From Phaeosaccion multiseriatum (taxonomy: Eukaryota; Protista; Ochrophyta, other classes), in contig OZ218957.1 in NCBI GenBank assembly GCA_965112735.1, forward strand, positions 3,472,001-3,536,000: 64,000 nucleotides of DNA. The letters are read 5' to 3'. Both the position numbers and the translations under genes were made by a program. Positions 47,884 through 60,700 of the stretch are shown one piece after another. Below the pieces are notes generated by a model. The model had not been told where the DNA came from and did not search any database. It worked only from the letters and a program-made list of their open reading frames with translations. Position 1 is the stretch's first letter, and each line of letters opens with the position of its first letter.

Positions 47884-50800
47884 CTAGCGAGCGCGGACAG
47901 CGCCCGAGGCGGCGCTTCCGTCCTGCCCCGCAAGCTTTTTGAGCGCCTCAGCGAGGTTAAAGCCCGTGAGACCCTGTCAACAGAGCGAGGCAGAGAGAGA
48001 CAGAGAGAGAAAGAGCGCCCGAGAGCGGCGAGGGAATTTTGTGAGCGCGTGATCACAGTCGAGAAGGAGGAGGCATCCACCTGACTGCTTGACTTGACAA
48101 CTTGTGTGTGTACTTGTGTGTACTACATGGCCTGTGCACTTGCCTCCACGGTGGGGCCGAGCTGCGCGAGCATGGTGCTCATGTCCGCTGTAAGCTTGGA
48201 GCCCGTCGCACCGTCGCTAGCGGATGGCAGCAGATGGCAAGGGGGAGGGGGGGTAGGGTGGTAGTGAGACAACAGGAGGGCCTTGCTTGCTTGCGTCAGC
48301 GACAGGGTGGGGAGGATGCTCGGGTCACGCGACCACCACCCCGAGCCCTCACTCCCATCGACGCAGTTTCAGTTAGACCTAAATGCCCCCACGCCACGTA
48401 CCTCGACACGAAGACCATCTTTTCTGTCTTGGCGAGAGGAGCAGCGATGGCTTCCGCTAGGGCGGGGAGCTTTTCCACAATCTCTGACATCATCGCGGCC
48501 TGACCGAACGATTGGAACGCGTCGGCCCGCATTTGGAGCACCTGGGTGTCGGGTGTCGTGGTGTCAAACCGTGTCAGGACTGGCTGATGGAGGGGGGGAG
48601 AGGCGGGTCCGGTCCACAAAGTAATGCAAGGCCACAGATTAGTCTAGAGATGGCACCCCACGCGCTTACCTTTGCCTCTGCCTCTCCCTTCTTGACGAGC
48701 ACCTCGGCCTCTGCGGTGCCCACCAATCGAACCCGATCCGCCTCCGCCTCCGCCTTCACGCGCACGCCCTGTGCCTGAGGTGTGAGCAAGCAAGGGCAGG
48801 CATATGGGTAGGCGAACCGGCGGACCGGCAGGCAGGCAGGTAGGTTTGCAATCATCAGGGGCGGCGACTACACAAGGAAAGGGACGAATCCCTGCCCTGG
48901 CCCCCCTAGGGAAAGGAAGAAGGCGTGGTCGCCAACCCAGGACTTTTGGGCTCACCAACCCGTGCCCTCGTCCCGTGGTCTCACCAGATTCTCGTCCTGG
49001 AGCAGGCTGGCCTTGGAGCTTCCCTCCATCTCTGTCTGCTGCCTCAGCGCCTCCTGCTTCTGGTACTCCAGCAGGCCCTCTGCGCGAATCGCCTGCAGGG
49101 GGAGTGCGCAAAAATGTGTCAAGCAAGATGGCTGGGCCCCCATGCACCGAGGTAGCAGTACGTTGATGGCAATTCCATCAACTCCTGTGACCTACATGAC
49201 TTACTTTACCCACCAACTGCCTTGCTTCTGCATGCACACACGACTTACCTCCTGCTTGGTCTTCTCCATCACAAGCTTTTGGTCTTGCTGCGCCATGGCG
49301 ATTTCTCCCGCCACTTTTGCCTCCGCGTTGGCCCTGTCCCAAGCAAGCAAGTCGTAACCGCACGTCAGCATGCGTGGGACGTAAGGAATACATTCATCCT
49401 CGGCACCCCGTGGCATCCCCCTCACGGCAGACCCCGCACGCACGCACCCACACTGCATCCACTCTGCACCCAACAAGCGTTACCCACACCATACCTGTTG
49501 ACATCCGCGAGGTTGGCGGCAGTCCTGAGGTCGAGGTCTCTGTTGGCGTCGACCTCCCTCTGCTTCTGCAGCATGGCCTGCACATGTGACTCGGCGTCGT
49601 TCTCCGCGGCCACGATGGCGCTCTCCGCGTCATACTGCGACGTTTGCTTGCGGGCCTCGGCTTCGTTGCGGGACCTGCCTTCTGCGGCTTCTCGGCGGAC
49701 GAGGGAGGTTTGCGTCACGCCCAAGTCGTCCATGTACTGCGGGTGGAGGAGAGAGAGGAGGGGGAGGAGGAAGGGGGAAGAGAGAAGAGAAAGGGAGAGA
49801 GAGTAAGAGAGGGAGCGAGAGAGGGAGGAGGTCAGGGGAGGGAGGCTGCTGATGGGCGGGAATCGACAGCACCCCCTCCCTCTCTCTGTCCACCATGGGC
49901 AATGAGGCGAACTAGTCGCTTCTTGTCGTCGCCCGGAACGCGGTCCTGCTGTCGCTGATGGAGAGAGACACACATGGCTGAGCACTCACCCCGCCCTTGT
50001 CTCCGATGGAGGTGACTGTGTAGGACACGAGCACGAAGCCCATGGCCTTGATGTCGTTGAACACGTGTTCGCGCACTCGGTCAGCGAAGGCGGCACGGTC
50101 CTGCCCGGGAGGGTGGGAGGAAGGGAGTTTGGTTATGTATTGTGCCAGGACAGCTGCTATCAGCAGCGTCTCTCACCTTATAGAGCTCTTCCACCGTGAG
50201 CGTGCCGAGGATTTGTCGCTGATGCCCCTCTAGCGTGCTGCGAAGACACGTCTTGATGGTGTCTTTCTGCTTGCCGAGGAAGTGTTGGCAGGCCAGAGAC
50301 AGCGCGTTCTCGTTGAGCTGCCGGCGCCCATTCGACCCTTGCCCCTGACCCTCTGGGCCAGCATCCAAGTAAGCATCTACCTTGACCTGACATATGCTGC
50401 GAGACGAGAAGCAACAAGCGAGACGCACAGGCCAGCGGCCAGAGAGAGGCACGGAGCACAAGAGAGAGGGGAGAGGTGAGCGAGCGGCTCTCGGCGGAGC
50501 AAGGGAGGACAGGACAGAGAGGCACCAACAGGCAGAGGGCTGAACTCTCCGAGAGAGGGAGAAGCAAGATTGTAGATGCAAAGGGCCGGAGCGAGCGAAA
50601 GAGAGAGAGAGAGTGAGGGAGAGGGAGAGAGAGAGGGAGAGAGAAGGGGGAATCATGACTGTAGAGATGCAAAGGGCGGGCCGTCGCTCGCTCGCTCGAC
50701 CACCAGGCGCGACGCACCTCTTGGTGCTGAGCTTGACGCCCCTCACGGTCTCAGCGTCCGAGGATATGACCTCGAGGGTGAGCATCTCTAAGTCGAGCGT

Positions 50801-51336
50801 CTCCACCCGCTCAATGCCCAAGCATCTCCACGAGGCCTTTCCAATCACCTTGTTGATGTTGAGCAGCAGGAAAACAACAAGAAAGGGGAAAGAAAAGGCG
50901 GGAAGCGAGCGAGGAGGAGCGGGGGAGAGTGTGACACAAAAGAAGGAGGAGCAGCAGCATTAGGAGCAGGAGGAGGCGGCGGAGGGGGAGGAGGGGGAGG
51001 AAGAGGGCAAAGAGGAGGCAAGCAGCCAAGAACGACGAAGGGGAGAATTGCTTGTTGCTTGTTGCTTGACTTCAAGCAGCAAGAAAGCAACAAGGGATGT
51101 GGATGGAGTGACGGCACGGCGAAGTGAAGGGAAGTGGCAGCTGTACGGCGACTGTGACGAGAGATGCGCAAAGGGGAGATGTATCTCCGACATTCTGTTC
51201 CCTGCCTCGTTGTTCCCCCTTTTCCTTCTCTCTTATTATTCTTGCTTCTTGTACGTGGACTGCTTACCATGCGAGAGCCGCTCGGTCCGGAGATGACCTT
51301 GACTTTACTCGGCGGGGATATGATGCAGTTTCCCAT
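47884..51336 (-). CDS. FLOT: Flotillin (SPFH/Band 7 family)
   Basis: Exons 51336-51268, 50848-50718, 50396-50177, 50100-49990, 49736-49495, 49333-49249, 49092-48985, 48774-48670, 48541-48402, ~48216-48144, 47973-47884. Motifs MGNC (myristoylation/palmitoylation-like), [34 protein letters not shown], AEAEA repeats, KLPALAEAIAAPL, TVEGLTGFNL. Confidence 0.93.
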
Positions 51337-51670
51337 GATGTGTGTGCGTTGTTTGTCTGTTCTTGATCCTGCTGGTCCCTCTTGTCTAAAAGTGGTTGTG
51401 GGGGGGTCATCATCCGCTGAAGGATACTCGTAAAAGTAAAAAAACCGTACAGTGGCGCCCAGGAACGTTCCCCAAGAAGATATAGGGTATAAATGACGGC
51501 CTTTGCAGACCCCGCCTCTGCCAGAAGCCAGAGGAACGCTCTGCGGACCTTGCCAAGGTCTTTTTATAAGACTCCGGAGCGCTCCTCCCCTGGCCCGCCC
51601 CTCGCTCCGTGCCTTTGTTGTATCTTGTGTGGAGGCGACTTGATATCTTTCTGGCACGAGCCGAGGCATC

Positions 51671-52848
51671 ATGGCACTTCCCTCCCATGAGGAGGACGAG
51701 GCGCTCCCTATTGCGGTGGGGGTGCCTTTGGTCGTGGGCCAAAGCGTTGCTGCCGTGCAGCAGCAAGAACACGAGCAGCAGTATCATCATCATCATCATC
51801 CTCCTCCTCCTCCTGCTGCCCCAGTCATGCCCGGGGCAGACACATCGCTGGAGGGGCATTTCCGCTACGATGCATCAGGAAGAGGAGCAGAAGAAGTTCT
51901 TATCGGAGGCCAAACTTGTCAGCCTGCTGCTGCTCCACCCCAACAAGCCCACCACTCACATGTGCTGTTGGCACCTGGGCACGAGAATTACTCAGCACTG
52001 TCCCACGAAGGAGGGGCAACCGGCGCCACGGATGGGGGGTTGGGGGGCTACATTGCCTCCACGGGCTTCACCGTAAGGGACAGGGGACTCCTGACAACCA
52101 CGGGGGGAGAAGCGTTTGTGCCTACTACGCGGAGCGCACCAAGGCTCGGGGGTGGCTTCGTCATGCCGCACGCAGTGGGGTGGAACACAAGGAGCTGGGG
52201 AGGGAGCAGCGTCTCCATGGAAACAGCCGGGGCTACCCCCTCACCGCCGCAGAAGGAGCAGCAGGGAGCCGAAGAGGGGGAAGTCGATGCCAGTTGGGGC
52301 GGCACCTTGCTCCTCGTGGGGGGTAAGACGAGCGATGCTGGGAAGGGCGAATGCCTTCATTATTATTACTAACCTACGAGGGCTTTTGCTTCTCTTGTGG
52401 CCTCGCTTCGCTTACCTCATCCCAACCCCCTGCCTCGTCATTGCAGGCGTGTGTGCGTCCGAGAGCGGCAGCAGCAAGGTTGTGGGGGGCATCGCTGCGT
52501 GGACGATTGAAGAAGGGGCAGGGGGGGCCAAGGACGAAAAGCACCACCATCAAGAACAAGGCGGCAGCAGCGGGCCTTTGACTCGGGCGGTGCCTGACAG
52601 GGCCGTGCAGCGCATGGCAAGCGCTCACGGAGGGGCCATCACCTCCCTGAGCTGCCCCAGTCACTGTGACGCGTCTTCCCTCACACTCACACAGGTCAGG
52701 GAGGGGGGCACTCGTCATGCGCTGGGGACTTGGGCCTTGGGTCTTGGAATGGTTTGTTGTTGGTGGTGGTGGTGGTGGTGGTGTTGTTTGGTGACCGAGT
52801 GGTGATAAGTTGCTAGCACGCTGCTGTGCTCCTTTCTGTCCATGGCTG

Positions 52849-52888
<40 letters not shown>

Positions 52889-55800
52889 CCCTCTTGCTGG
52901 GCACTCCCCTCACCCGCCCGTTACCCCTCACCTCTCGGTCTGCCCTCCAGGCTGCCCCTGCTCTGCTGACGGCCAGCAAGGACCGCAAGCTGCGTCTGTG
53001 GAGCGCATCCAGGGACAAAGCTCTGCTCGAGCCGGGCCAGGAGCTTGAAGGTCAGAGGGGAGAGGGGAGAGGGGGGAGGGGAGAGGGGAGAGGGGAGAGG
53101 GGGGAGGGAAGAGGGGAGAAGGGAGAGGGGGGAGGGAAGAGGGGAGAAGGGCGAGGGAAGAGGGAAGAGGGGAGAAGGGAGAGGGAAGAGGGGAGAGGGG
53201 GGAGGGAAGAGGGGAGAAGGGCGAGGGAAGAGGGGAGAGGGGGGGGGGAAGAGGGGGGAGGGGAGAAGGGCGAGGGAAGAGGGGAGAGGGGGGAGGGAAG
53301 AGGGGAGAAGGGCGAGGGAAGAGGGGAGAGGGGGGAGGGGGGAGGGGAGAGGGGAGAGGGGGGAGGTCTGAGAGATGGGGGGAGAGGTCAGAAGGGAGAG
53401 TCAGAGGAATGAGGGAAGAGGGAAGAGGGCGGAGGGGAGAGGTCAAAGGGAAGAGGGAAGAGGGAAGAGCGCGGAGGGGAGAGGTCAAAGGGAAGAGGAA
53501 AGAGGGATGGGGGAAGAGGAATGAGGTCAGATGTCAGAAGTTGGAGGGGACAGGGTAGAGGTCAGAGGTCACCAGAGGTTGGAGGGAAGGGAGAAGAGGG
53601 GAGAGAGAAGAGGGCAACCAGGGGGAAGAGGGAAGGGGGAGATTGCAGAGGTCAGAGGGAAGAGGGGGAGGGGAGAGGAGAGAGAGGAGAGGGCAACCAG
53701 AGGGAAGAGGGAAGAGGGGGAGGAGAGAGGGGAGAGAGGAGAGGTCAGACGGGAGAGGGGAGAAGGGAGGTTAGAAGGTCAGAGAGTAAGAGGGAAGAGG
53801 TCGAAGGTCGGAGGTCGGAGGTCAGAGATCAGAGGGCAGAGGGAAGAGTGTAGAGGGAAAAGGACAGAGGACAGAGGTCAGGAACGGGGTGGGCTGCGGC
53901 CTGGCTTGTGCTATGGGTTGGAGTGTGGGTGGGGTGCGGTTGTGGACTTGCTGCGAAGCCCACCGCCAGAAGCAGTGGTGCGCGTGCGAACAAATGTAGC
54001 GTCCGTTGATTGCAATCCCCCACACCCTCCAGGGCACACGGACTGGGTGGACTGCGCCGCGTTGGGCCCAGCGGGCGACTGGGCGGCCTCCGGAGGACGG
54101 GACTCGACCGTGCGGTTGTGGGCACCCACGCCCCGCAACCACACCGACACGCAGAAGCAGAAGCAGAAGCAGATGGGGCCCGCCAAGGGGGCTGCATCAG
54201 ACGAACCGTCCGGCGGTGATGCCCTTCCTCCTTGGGGCTGCGTGGCGAGGATTGACGCGGCACACGGGGGCACGGAGTTTGTCGCTTGCTGCTGCGCCCT
54301 CTCCTCTGCAGGGGCCTCGGACAGACTCGTGACGGGGGGCAGCGACTGGAGTCTGAGGCTCTGGGACATTGCCGCACACCGAGAGGTAAGGCGGAGGGGC
54401 AGGGGTCGGAGAGGGTTGTTGGGGTCGCACTATGCGCGGCTGCTGACACGTCGACTCGGTGTCCCTCTCTCCCTCCCTCCAATGCCGTGCTGCTGCTACT
54501 GTGCTTTGAAGATGGCTCGTCTGGGCATGCGGGGCCATAGCAGAGCGGTGCGAGTCGTCACTGCCAGTGAGGACGGGAGCCTCATTGCCAGCGGCGCAGA
54601 CGACGGTGAGCTTGAGGAGATGTGAGAAGGAATGTCACTGCACTGTCACTGACTGAACTGCCCATCCCCTCTCACTGACTTACTCCTGCACCAGGGCGGG
54701 TACTGGTGTGGAGCCTCAACGCGAGGAGCCCTGTGGCCCGCCTCGAAGCACTGCACAGGTGGGAGTGAGTGAGTGAATGACCAACTCTCTCAGCGTGTAG
54801 TAAGGTAAGCGAGCCTTCTAACCCTTGGCTGTGCGCCATCTCATCTCACTCTTGCGCAACAGGGGCGTGTCAGTGCTTGCGCTGGCCTGGGATCGGAGGA
54901 GCGGCGCGCAGCAGATGCCCACCTGGCTCGCCACGTAAGTTGCTCGCCTTGCTTGCCTTCCTTTGTTGCCGTGCTGGTCTTGCTTGTCCTGCTAGTCCTG
55001 CAAGACTAGTCTCGTCTGACGGGAGACTCCTTTTGCTCTGGGTTGGCATCCACTGCCATCCTTCCCTTCTCTCCCTGGTCACTCACGGACAGCGGCGGGA
55101 ACGACGGGTACCTCCGCGTAACGGACACGCGTACGTGGAAAGTCCTCACCACGCTCGTCAACCCCCTCTCAGACCCCCCCCTGCACGGCACCAGTCGGAG
55201 GTGCGAGGGGGAGTCGGAGGGAGAGACGATGACCCGGGCCGTTGTGGCCTGCGCCAGTAGCAGGGGGGGCGGGCTGCTGGCTGCGGCGGCTTCGGATCGG
55301 ACCATTCGGATTTGGGACACTTCGTCGGGGGCGTGGGGAGGGGGTGCGTTGTTGCAAGTGTCCAGGGCGGTCACGCCCAAGTGCCTGGCCCTCGTGAGCT
55401 TGGAGGAGGGGACAGGGGGCGGGCACGGAGGAGGAGGAGCAGCAGCAGGAGGAGGAGGAGGAGGAGGAGGAGGAGGAGGAGGAGGAGAGAATGGATGAGG
55501 CTGGATATCATCAAGCAGGAGTGAGGAGCAGGTATGTACCGTTTGTGACAGAGTGAGTAAGTGAGTGGGTGAGTGAGTGGGGGAGTGACTGGGTGACTGG
55601 GAGATCGAGCGAGCGAGTGGGTGAGTGAGTGGGAGGTTGAGCGAGCGAGTGAGTGAGGGGGTGGGTGAGTGAGTGATTGGGAGATCGAGCGAGCGATGGG
55701 TGAGTGAGTGAGTGAGTGAGTGGGTGAGTGCGTGAGTGAGTGCGTGAGTGAGTGAGTGAGTGAGTGGGTGGGTGCGTGAGTGAGTGAGTGAGTGAGTGAG

Positions 55801-56044
55801 TGAGTGAGTGGATGGGTGAGTGAGTGGGTGAGTGGGTGAGTGCATGAGTGAGTGAGTGAGTGGATGAGTGAGTGAGTGAGTGAGTGAATGAATGAGTGGG
55901 TGGGTGACTAGGAGATCGAGCAAGCGAGTGGGTGGGTGCGTGGGCGAGTGAGTGAGAGAGCGAGTGAGTGAGGGAATGAGTATTCAAGTGAGTGGGTGAG
56001 TGAGTGAGTGAGTGAGGGAATGAGTGGGTGAGTGACTGGGAGAT

Positions 56045-56076
<32 letters not shown>

Positions 56077-56504
56077 TGGGTGAGTGACTGGGAGATCGAG
56101 CGAGCGAGTGAGTGAGGGAATGAGTGTTCAAGTGAGTGAGTGAATGAGTGCGTGCGTGTGTGTTTGTCAGCACACCTATCCGTGCGCTCGCTGACAGAGC
56201 GTACTGTTGCCTTCGCTTCTCTCCACACAGTACACAACCACAGTCGTACGAAGCTCAGCGCTTCATGTCCCCCTGTTTTGCCGTCGGTATGCTTCGCCCT
56301 AACTCTCTCCTTCTCTCTTCCTCCCACCCTCGCTCCCTATCCCACCTCTCACTCGCTCGCTCGCTACCTGCTGACCCCCTGTATCTCTCTCTCTCTCTCT
56401 CTCAGGCACGACGACGCCCCCCCCCCTCTCTCTCTCAGTCGACAGCCAAACTCGTCAATAATGAAGACGGTCGGACCGCCCCGGCCGCCTCGAGGAGGGC
56501 ATGA
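51671..56504 (+). CDS. WD40-repeat protein (3' end uncertain)
   Basis: Exons 51671-52322, 52447-52694, 52951-53050, 54033-54385, 54512-54605, 54695-54758, ~54863-54933, 55093 onward. WD units: AHGGAITSL..TASKDRKLRLW, GHTDWV..SGGRDSTVRLW, TGGSDWSLRLWD, GHSRAV..SGADDGRVLVW, ASDRTIRIWD. It ends at 55498, or at 56504 through a donor at 55394. Confidence 0.8.
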
Positions 56505-57196
56505 CACGGACGGAGCAGCCGAGCAGCAGGGCAGCGGAGGGAAGGGAGTGTGCGTGTGCAGACCTTCCTGGCGCACTGCGTCGGAGCGAGTGATGACCAT
56601 TGGTGACGGTTGGTGCTTAGTGCTGCTCGCCTAGTGGCGCTGGGGTATCGGTATCGCCGTCTTTCCCCCTTTTCGGATTGGCTGCGTGCCAGTGGGGAAG
56701 AGGGCAAGGCATTAGAGGATGGATGGCTGGGGCGGCCGCCCTTTGTTGCCTTGCTTGCTCGCCTGTAACCTGCGACCTGCTGGAGTGTCGACCCCCGACA
56801 AGCTTCCAGCTGCGCGGAGCGACCTATGAAAGCCGACCTCGATGGTGCGAAAGGTGTGGATTCGCCACCCACCGATGTTGTTCGGCTTCGGGCCGGCGTC
56901 AAGCGGCGCGGCCAGCTTTCAGTTTCCAATTTTATTTTGTGGGACTAGCTGGCGTGCCCTCTGAGCTCAACACATGGCTAGAGGCACAAGCGAGCAGAAA
57001 TCTCTAATGAATTAAGTCTTACTTTCGTATATATCGAATCACACAAACGCGAGTGGGTACTGTAAGTGAGTGAGCGAGTGATTCAGCCCAGAAGCATGGG
57101 CGCGTGTCTGCCTCGCGGATGTACAATGTAAGGTTGTGGTAGAGCGAGCGAGCTACTCCTCTCGCTCTGCCTGCAGACACAAGAGAGTCAATGCAA

Positions 57197-57795
57197 TCGG
57201 CCCTGCCTGTGCATGCCATGGTTTCTCTGGCTCCTGGCTTCTTGGCCGTACTGTAGGCCACCTCTGGCTTCTGGATTCGGGCGGCAGACCAGCAGCGCTG
57301 GCTTCTAGTCGCAGGCGAGAGCCTCTGGCTTCTTGGGCTGGGAAAAGAAGATGAAAACAGGGGCACGCGCCCACCCACCCCGCAACGGAGTTCGTCGCTC
57401 GAGCACTGAAAGCCTCGACTCTCCTCCCACTGAGCATCAAGTTGCTTGTCAGAGGCTAGAATATCAACAGACTTTAGGGTAAAAAAGTGCTCACGAAGCC
57501 GTCATTTCTGGGTGGCCTCGCTCCGGAAGCAAGCCCTTCATCACAGGCCGGGGGGCCTTCTTAGGCCAGTATCCGGAGCCGGCTGGAGCAAGAAAGCAAC
57601 GCTCGCAGCCAATTGCTCACTTTCTGAACCACGCAAGCGTGCGTGCGCACTCATGTGCTCACTCGCTTCACCAGTTGTCACGCACGCACTCACACATGCA
57701 CGGACACAAACACACGGCTCAGTTTCGCGAGTCCGCCCGCCCCTGGCTTCTGGCTATCAGGGGCCAGCCAGAGAAACACTCATAGCCAGGGCCGA
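57197..57795. mobile_element. Non-autonomous TIR element (MITE-like), TCGGCCC family, CTGGCTT-subterminal type
   Basis: Left end TCGGCCCTGCCTGTG (57197) matches the reverse complement of right end CATAGCCAGGGCCGA (57781-57795) at 13/15. Second inverted block GTTTCTCTGGCT (57221) / AGCCAGAGAAAC (57766). CTGGCTT-like repeats lie near both ends. Confidence 0.7.
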
Positions 57796-58485
57796 ATCGT
57801 CCAACAACAACAGGTATGACACAATACATGCAACATATGCATAGCAACGGGAGGAGCAGGAGCGGCACCAGATGAGGATCGGCTCCAGACTGGCCTAGAA
57901 GCCTATGCTCTAGGCCCTAGGCCGAGCGGCCGTTGGCCGCTATAGGCCGGCCATTTTTTCTCCCTAGGCCGGCGGTTCTAGGCCTAGCTAGGCCTCCACC
58001 AGGGTCGAAGGGAGGGAGGGAGGGAGGGGGGCAGGCGGGGAGGGAGGGAGGGAGGGAGGGAGGGAGGGAGGGAGGGAGGGAGGGATAGAAAGCGGGAGAA
58101 AGGGAGGGAGGGAGGGAGGGAGGGAGGGAGGGAGGGAGGGAGGGAGGGAGGGAGGGAGGGAGGGAGGGAGGGAGGGAGGGAGGGAGGGAGGGAGGGAGGG
58201 AGGGAGGGAGGGAGGGAGGGAGGGAGGGAGGGAGGGAGGGAGGGAGGGAGGGAGGGAGGGAGGGAGGGAGGGAGGGAGGGAGGGAGGGAGGGAGGGAGGG
58301 AGGGAGGGAGGGAGGGAGGGAGGGAGGGAGGGAGGGAGGGAGGGAGGGAGGGAGGGAGGGAGGGAGAGAGAGAGAGAGGGAGGGATGGATGGATGGAGGG
58401 AGGGAGGGAGGGAGGGAGGGACGGAGGGAGGGAGGGAGGGAGGGAGGGAGGGAGGGAGGGAGGGAGGGAGGGAGGGAGGGAGGGA

Positions 58486-58740
58486 TCGGCCCTGGACAAG
58501 GTTATCTGATTACTGATTACGGCCGGCGCAGCCGGCCTGATTACTGATTACAGCCGGCGCCAGCCGGCCTGATTACTGATTATGGCGCCAGCCGGGCCTG
58601 AGTACTGATTATGGCCGGCGCCAGCCGGGTCTGATTACTGATTATGACCGGCACCCGCCGGCCTGATTACTGATTATTGGCGCCAGCCGGCCTGATTACT
58701 GATTATGGCCGGCGCACACTGTAACCTTGTCCAGGGCCGA
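58486..58740. mobile_element. 255-bp MITE with perfect 19-bp TIRs and internal 29-33-bp tandem array, inserted in (GGGA)n
   Basis: TCGGCCCTGGACAAGGTTA (58486-58504) / TAACCTTGTCCAGGGCCGA (58722-58740); GA on both flanks; 7 units of CTGATTACTGATTA each followed by a GC-rich linker. Confidence 0.88.
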
Positions 58741-59940
58741 GAGGGAGGGAGGGAGGGAGGGAGGGAGGGAGGGAGGGACGGACAGAGGGGTAGAGGGATG
58801 GGAGGAGGTAGGGAGGGATGTAAAATGACAAGCGCTGTCGCCAACAGATAGTGTAAAACGACATGCGCTGTCGCCTACAGATAGGATAGAACTAGACACA
58901 CGGACAAGGTAACAGCAACCCCAAAGCCAGCCTAGCAGCCAGCCTTGACTCTATTAACTTATCGCATGCTAGTCCTAAACGACCACCTACGCACATAGGA
59001 TATAGTGAGAGCGACGCCACTCGTTCTCACCGTATCTGCCTGGGCCTGGGCCATTGACTTACGAATCGACTTTCCACAGGGAGGAATAGCGGGATAGAGG
59101 GAGAGAGGGGGGGATGGAGGGATAGAAAGAGGGAGAAAGGGAGGGGCGGAGGGAGGGAGGGAGGGAGGGAGCGAGGGAGGAGGGAGGGAGGGATAGAAAG
59201 CGGGAGAAAGGGAGGGAGGGAGGGAGGGAGGGAGGGAGGGAGGGAGGGAGGGAGGGAGGGAGGGAGGGAGGGAGGGAGGGAGGGAGGGAGGGAGGGAGGG
59301 AGGGAGGGAGGGAGGGAGGGAGGGAGGGAGGGAGGGAGGGAGGGAGGGAGGGAGGGAGGGAGGGAGGGAGGGAGGGAGGGAGGGAGGGAGGGAGGGAGGG
59401 AGGGAGGGAGGGAGGGAGGGAGGGAGGGAGGGAGGGAGGGAGGGAGGGAGGGAGGGAGGGAGGGAGGGAGGGAGGGAGGGAGGGAGGGAGGGAGGGAGGG
59501 AGGGAGGGAGGGAGGGAGGGAGGGAGGGAGGGAGGGAGGGAGGGAGGGAGGGAGGGAGGGAGGGAGGGAGGGAGGGAGGGAGGGAGGGAGGGAGGGAGGG
59601 AGGGAGGGAGGGAGGGAGGGAGGGAGGGAGGGAGGGAGGGAGGGAGGGAGGGAGGGAGGGAGGGAGGGAGGGAGGGAGGGAGGGAGGGAGGGAGGGAGGG
59701 AGGGAGGGAGGGAGGGAGGGAGGGAGGGAGGGAGGGAGGGAGGGAGGGAGGGAGGGAGGGAGGGAGGGAGGGAGGGAGGGAGGGAGGGAGGGAGGGAGGG
59801 AGGGAGGGAGGGAGGGAGGGAGGGAGGGAGGGAGGGAGGGAGGGAGGGAGGGAGGGAGAGAGGGAGGGAGGGAGGGAGGGAGGGAGGGAGGGAGGGAGGG
59901 AGGGAGGGAGGGAGGGAGCGAGGGAGGGAGGGAGAGAGGG

Positions 59941-60700
59941 AGGGCAGTGGCGACCCTTCCCGGAACAGCTCTCAGCAACCACCCAGTGGTCTGCTGCTCA
60001 CTCCAACCCTCCTAGAGGTGACGTAGAAGATATGTAGATGTGAAGTGATGATGTATTCATAGACGCGCTACTGTCCTACACCACCCCTTCACTTATTTCT
60101 TGTCCTGACACTTATCCTAGTGCCTTGCCTGTCCCTTTGCCTTTGTTCCTTCCCTTGCCCTGTCTCGCCTACTTGCCACACCACGGCCTCATCACTGAAT
60201 CCCTCCCACTGTCCCGAATCTGACCAAAATAGACGTCCTCGATATCCAATGTCGATGTCCTGCCCATACACTAACAGGAGGGAGGGAGGGAGGGAGGGAG
60301 GGAAGGAGGGAGGGAGGGAGGGAGGGAGGGAGGGAGGGAGGGAGGGAGTGATAGCCTCCGAGCCAGGGCAGTGGCGACCCTTCTCGGAACAGCTCTCAGC
60401 AACCACCCAGTGGTCTGGTACAAGTGACGTAGAAGATATGTAGATGTGAAGTGATGATGTATTGATAGACGCGCTCTGTCCTACACAACCCCTTCACTTA
60501 TTTCTTGTCCTGACACTTATCCTAGTACCTTGCCTGTCCCTTTGCCTTTGTTCCTTCCCTTGCCCTGTCTCGCCTACTTGCCGCACCACGGCCTCATCAC
60601 TGAATCCCTCCCACTGTCCCGAATCTGACCAAAATAGACGTCCTCGATATCCAATGTCGATGTCCTGCCCATACACTAACAGGAGGGAGGGAGGGAGGGA
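59941..60700. repeat. Tandem duplication of a ~340-bp unique segment plus (GGGA)n (period ~424 bp)
   Basis: AGGGCAGTGGCGACCCTT...CCCATACACTAACAGG starts at both 59941 and 60365, near-identical. Confidence 0.92.

Noticed and set aside
58506-58721. CRISPR-like repeat-spacer array
   Set aside because: Repeats are only 14 bp, the 'spacers' are variants of one sequence, there are no cas genes, and the array lies inside TIRs in a eukaryotic genome.
57984-59982. (PPSL)n ORFs of 171-339 aa
   Set aside because: These are translations of (GGGA)n microsatellite with no coding evidence.
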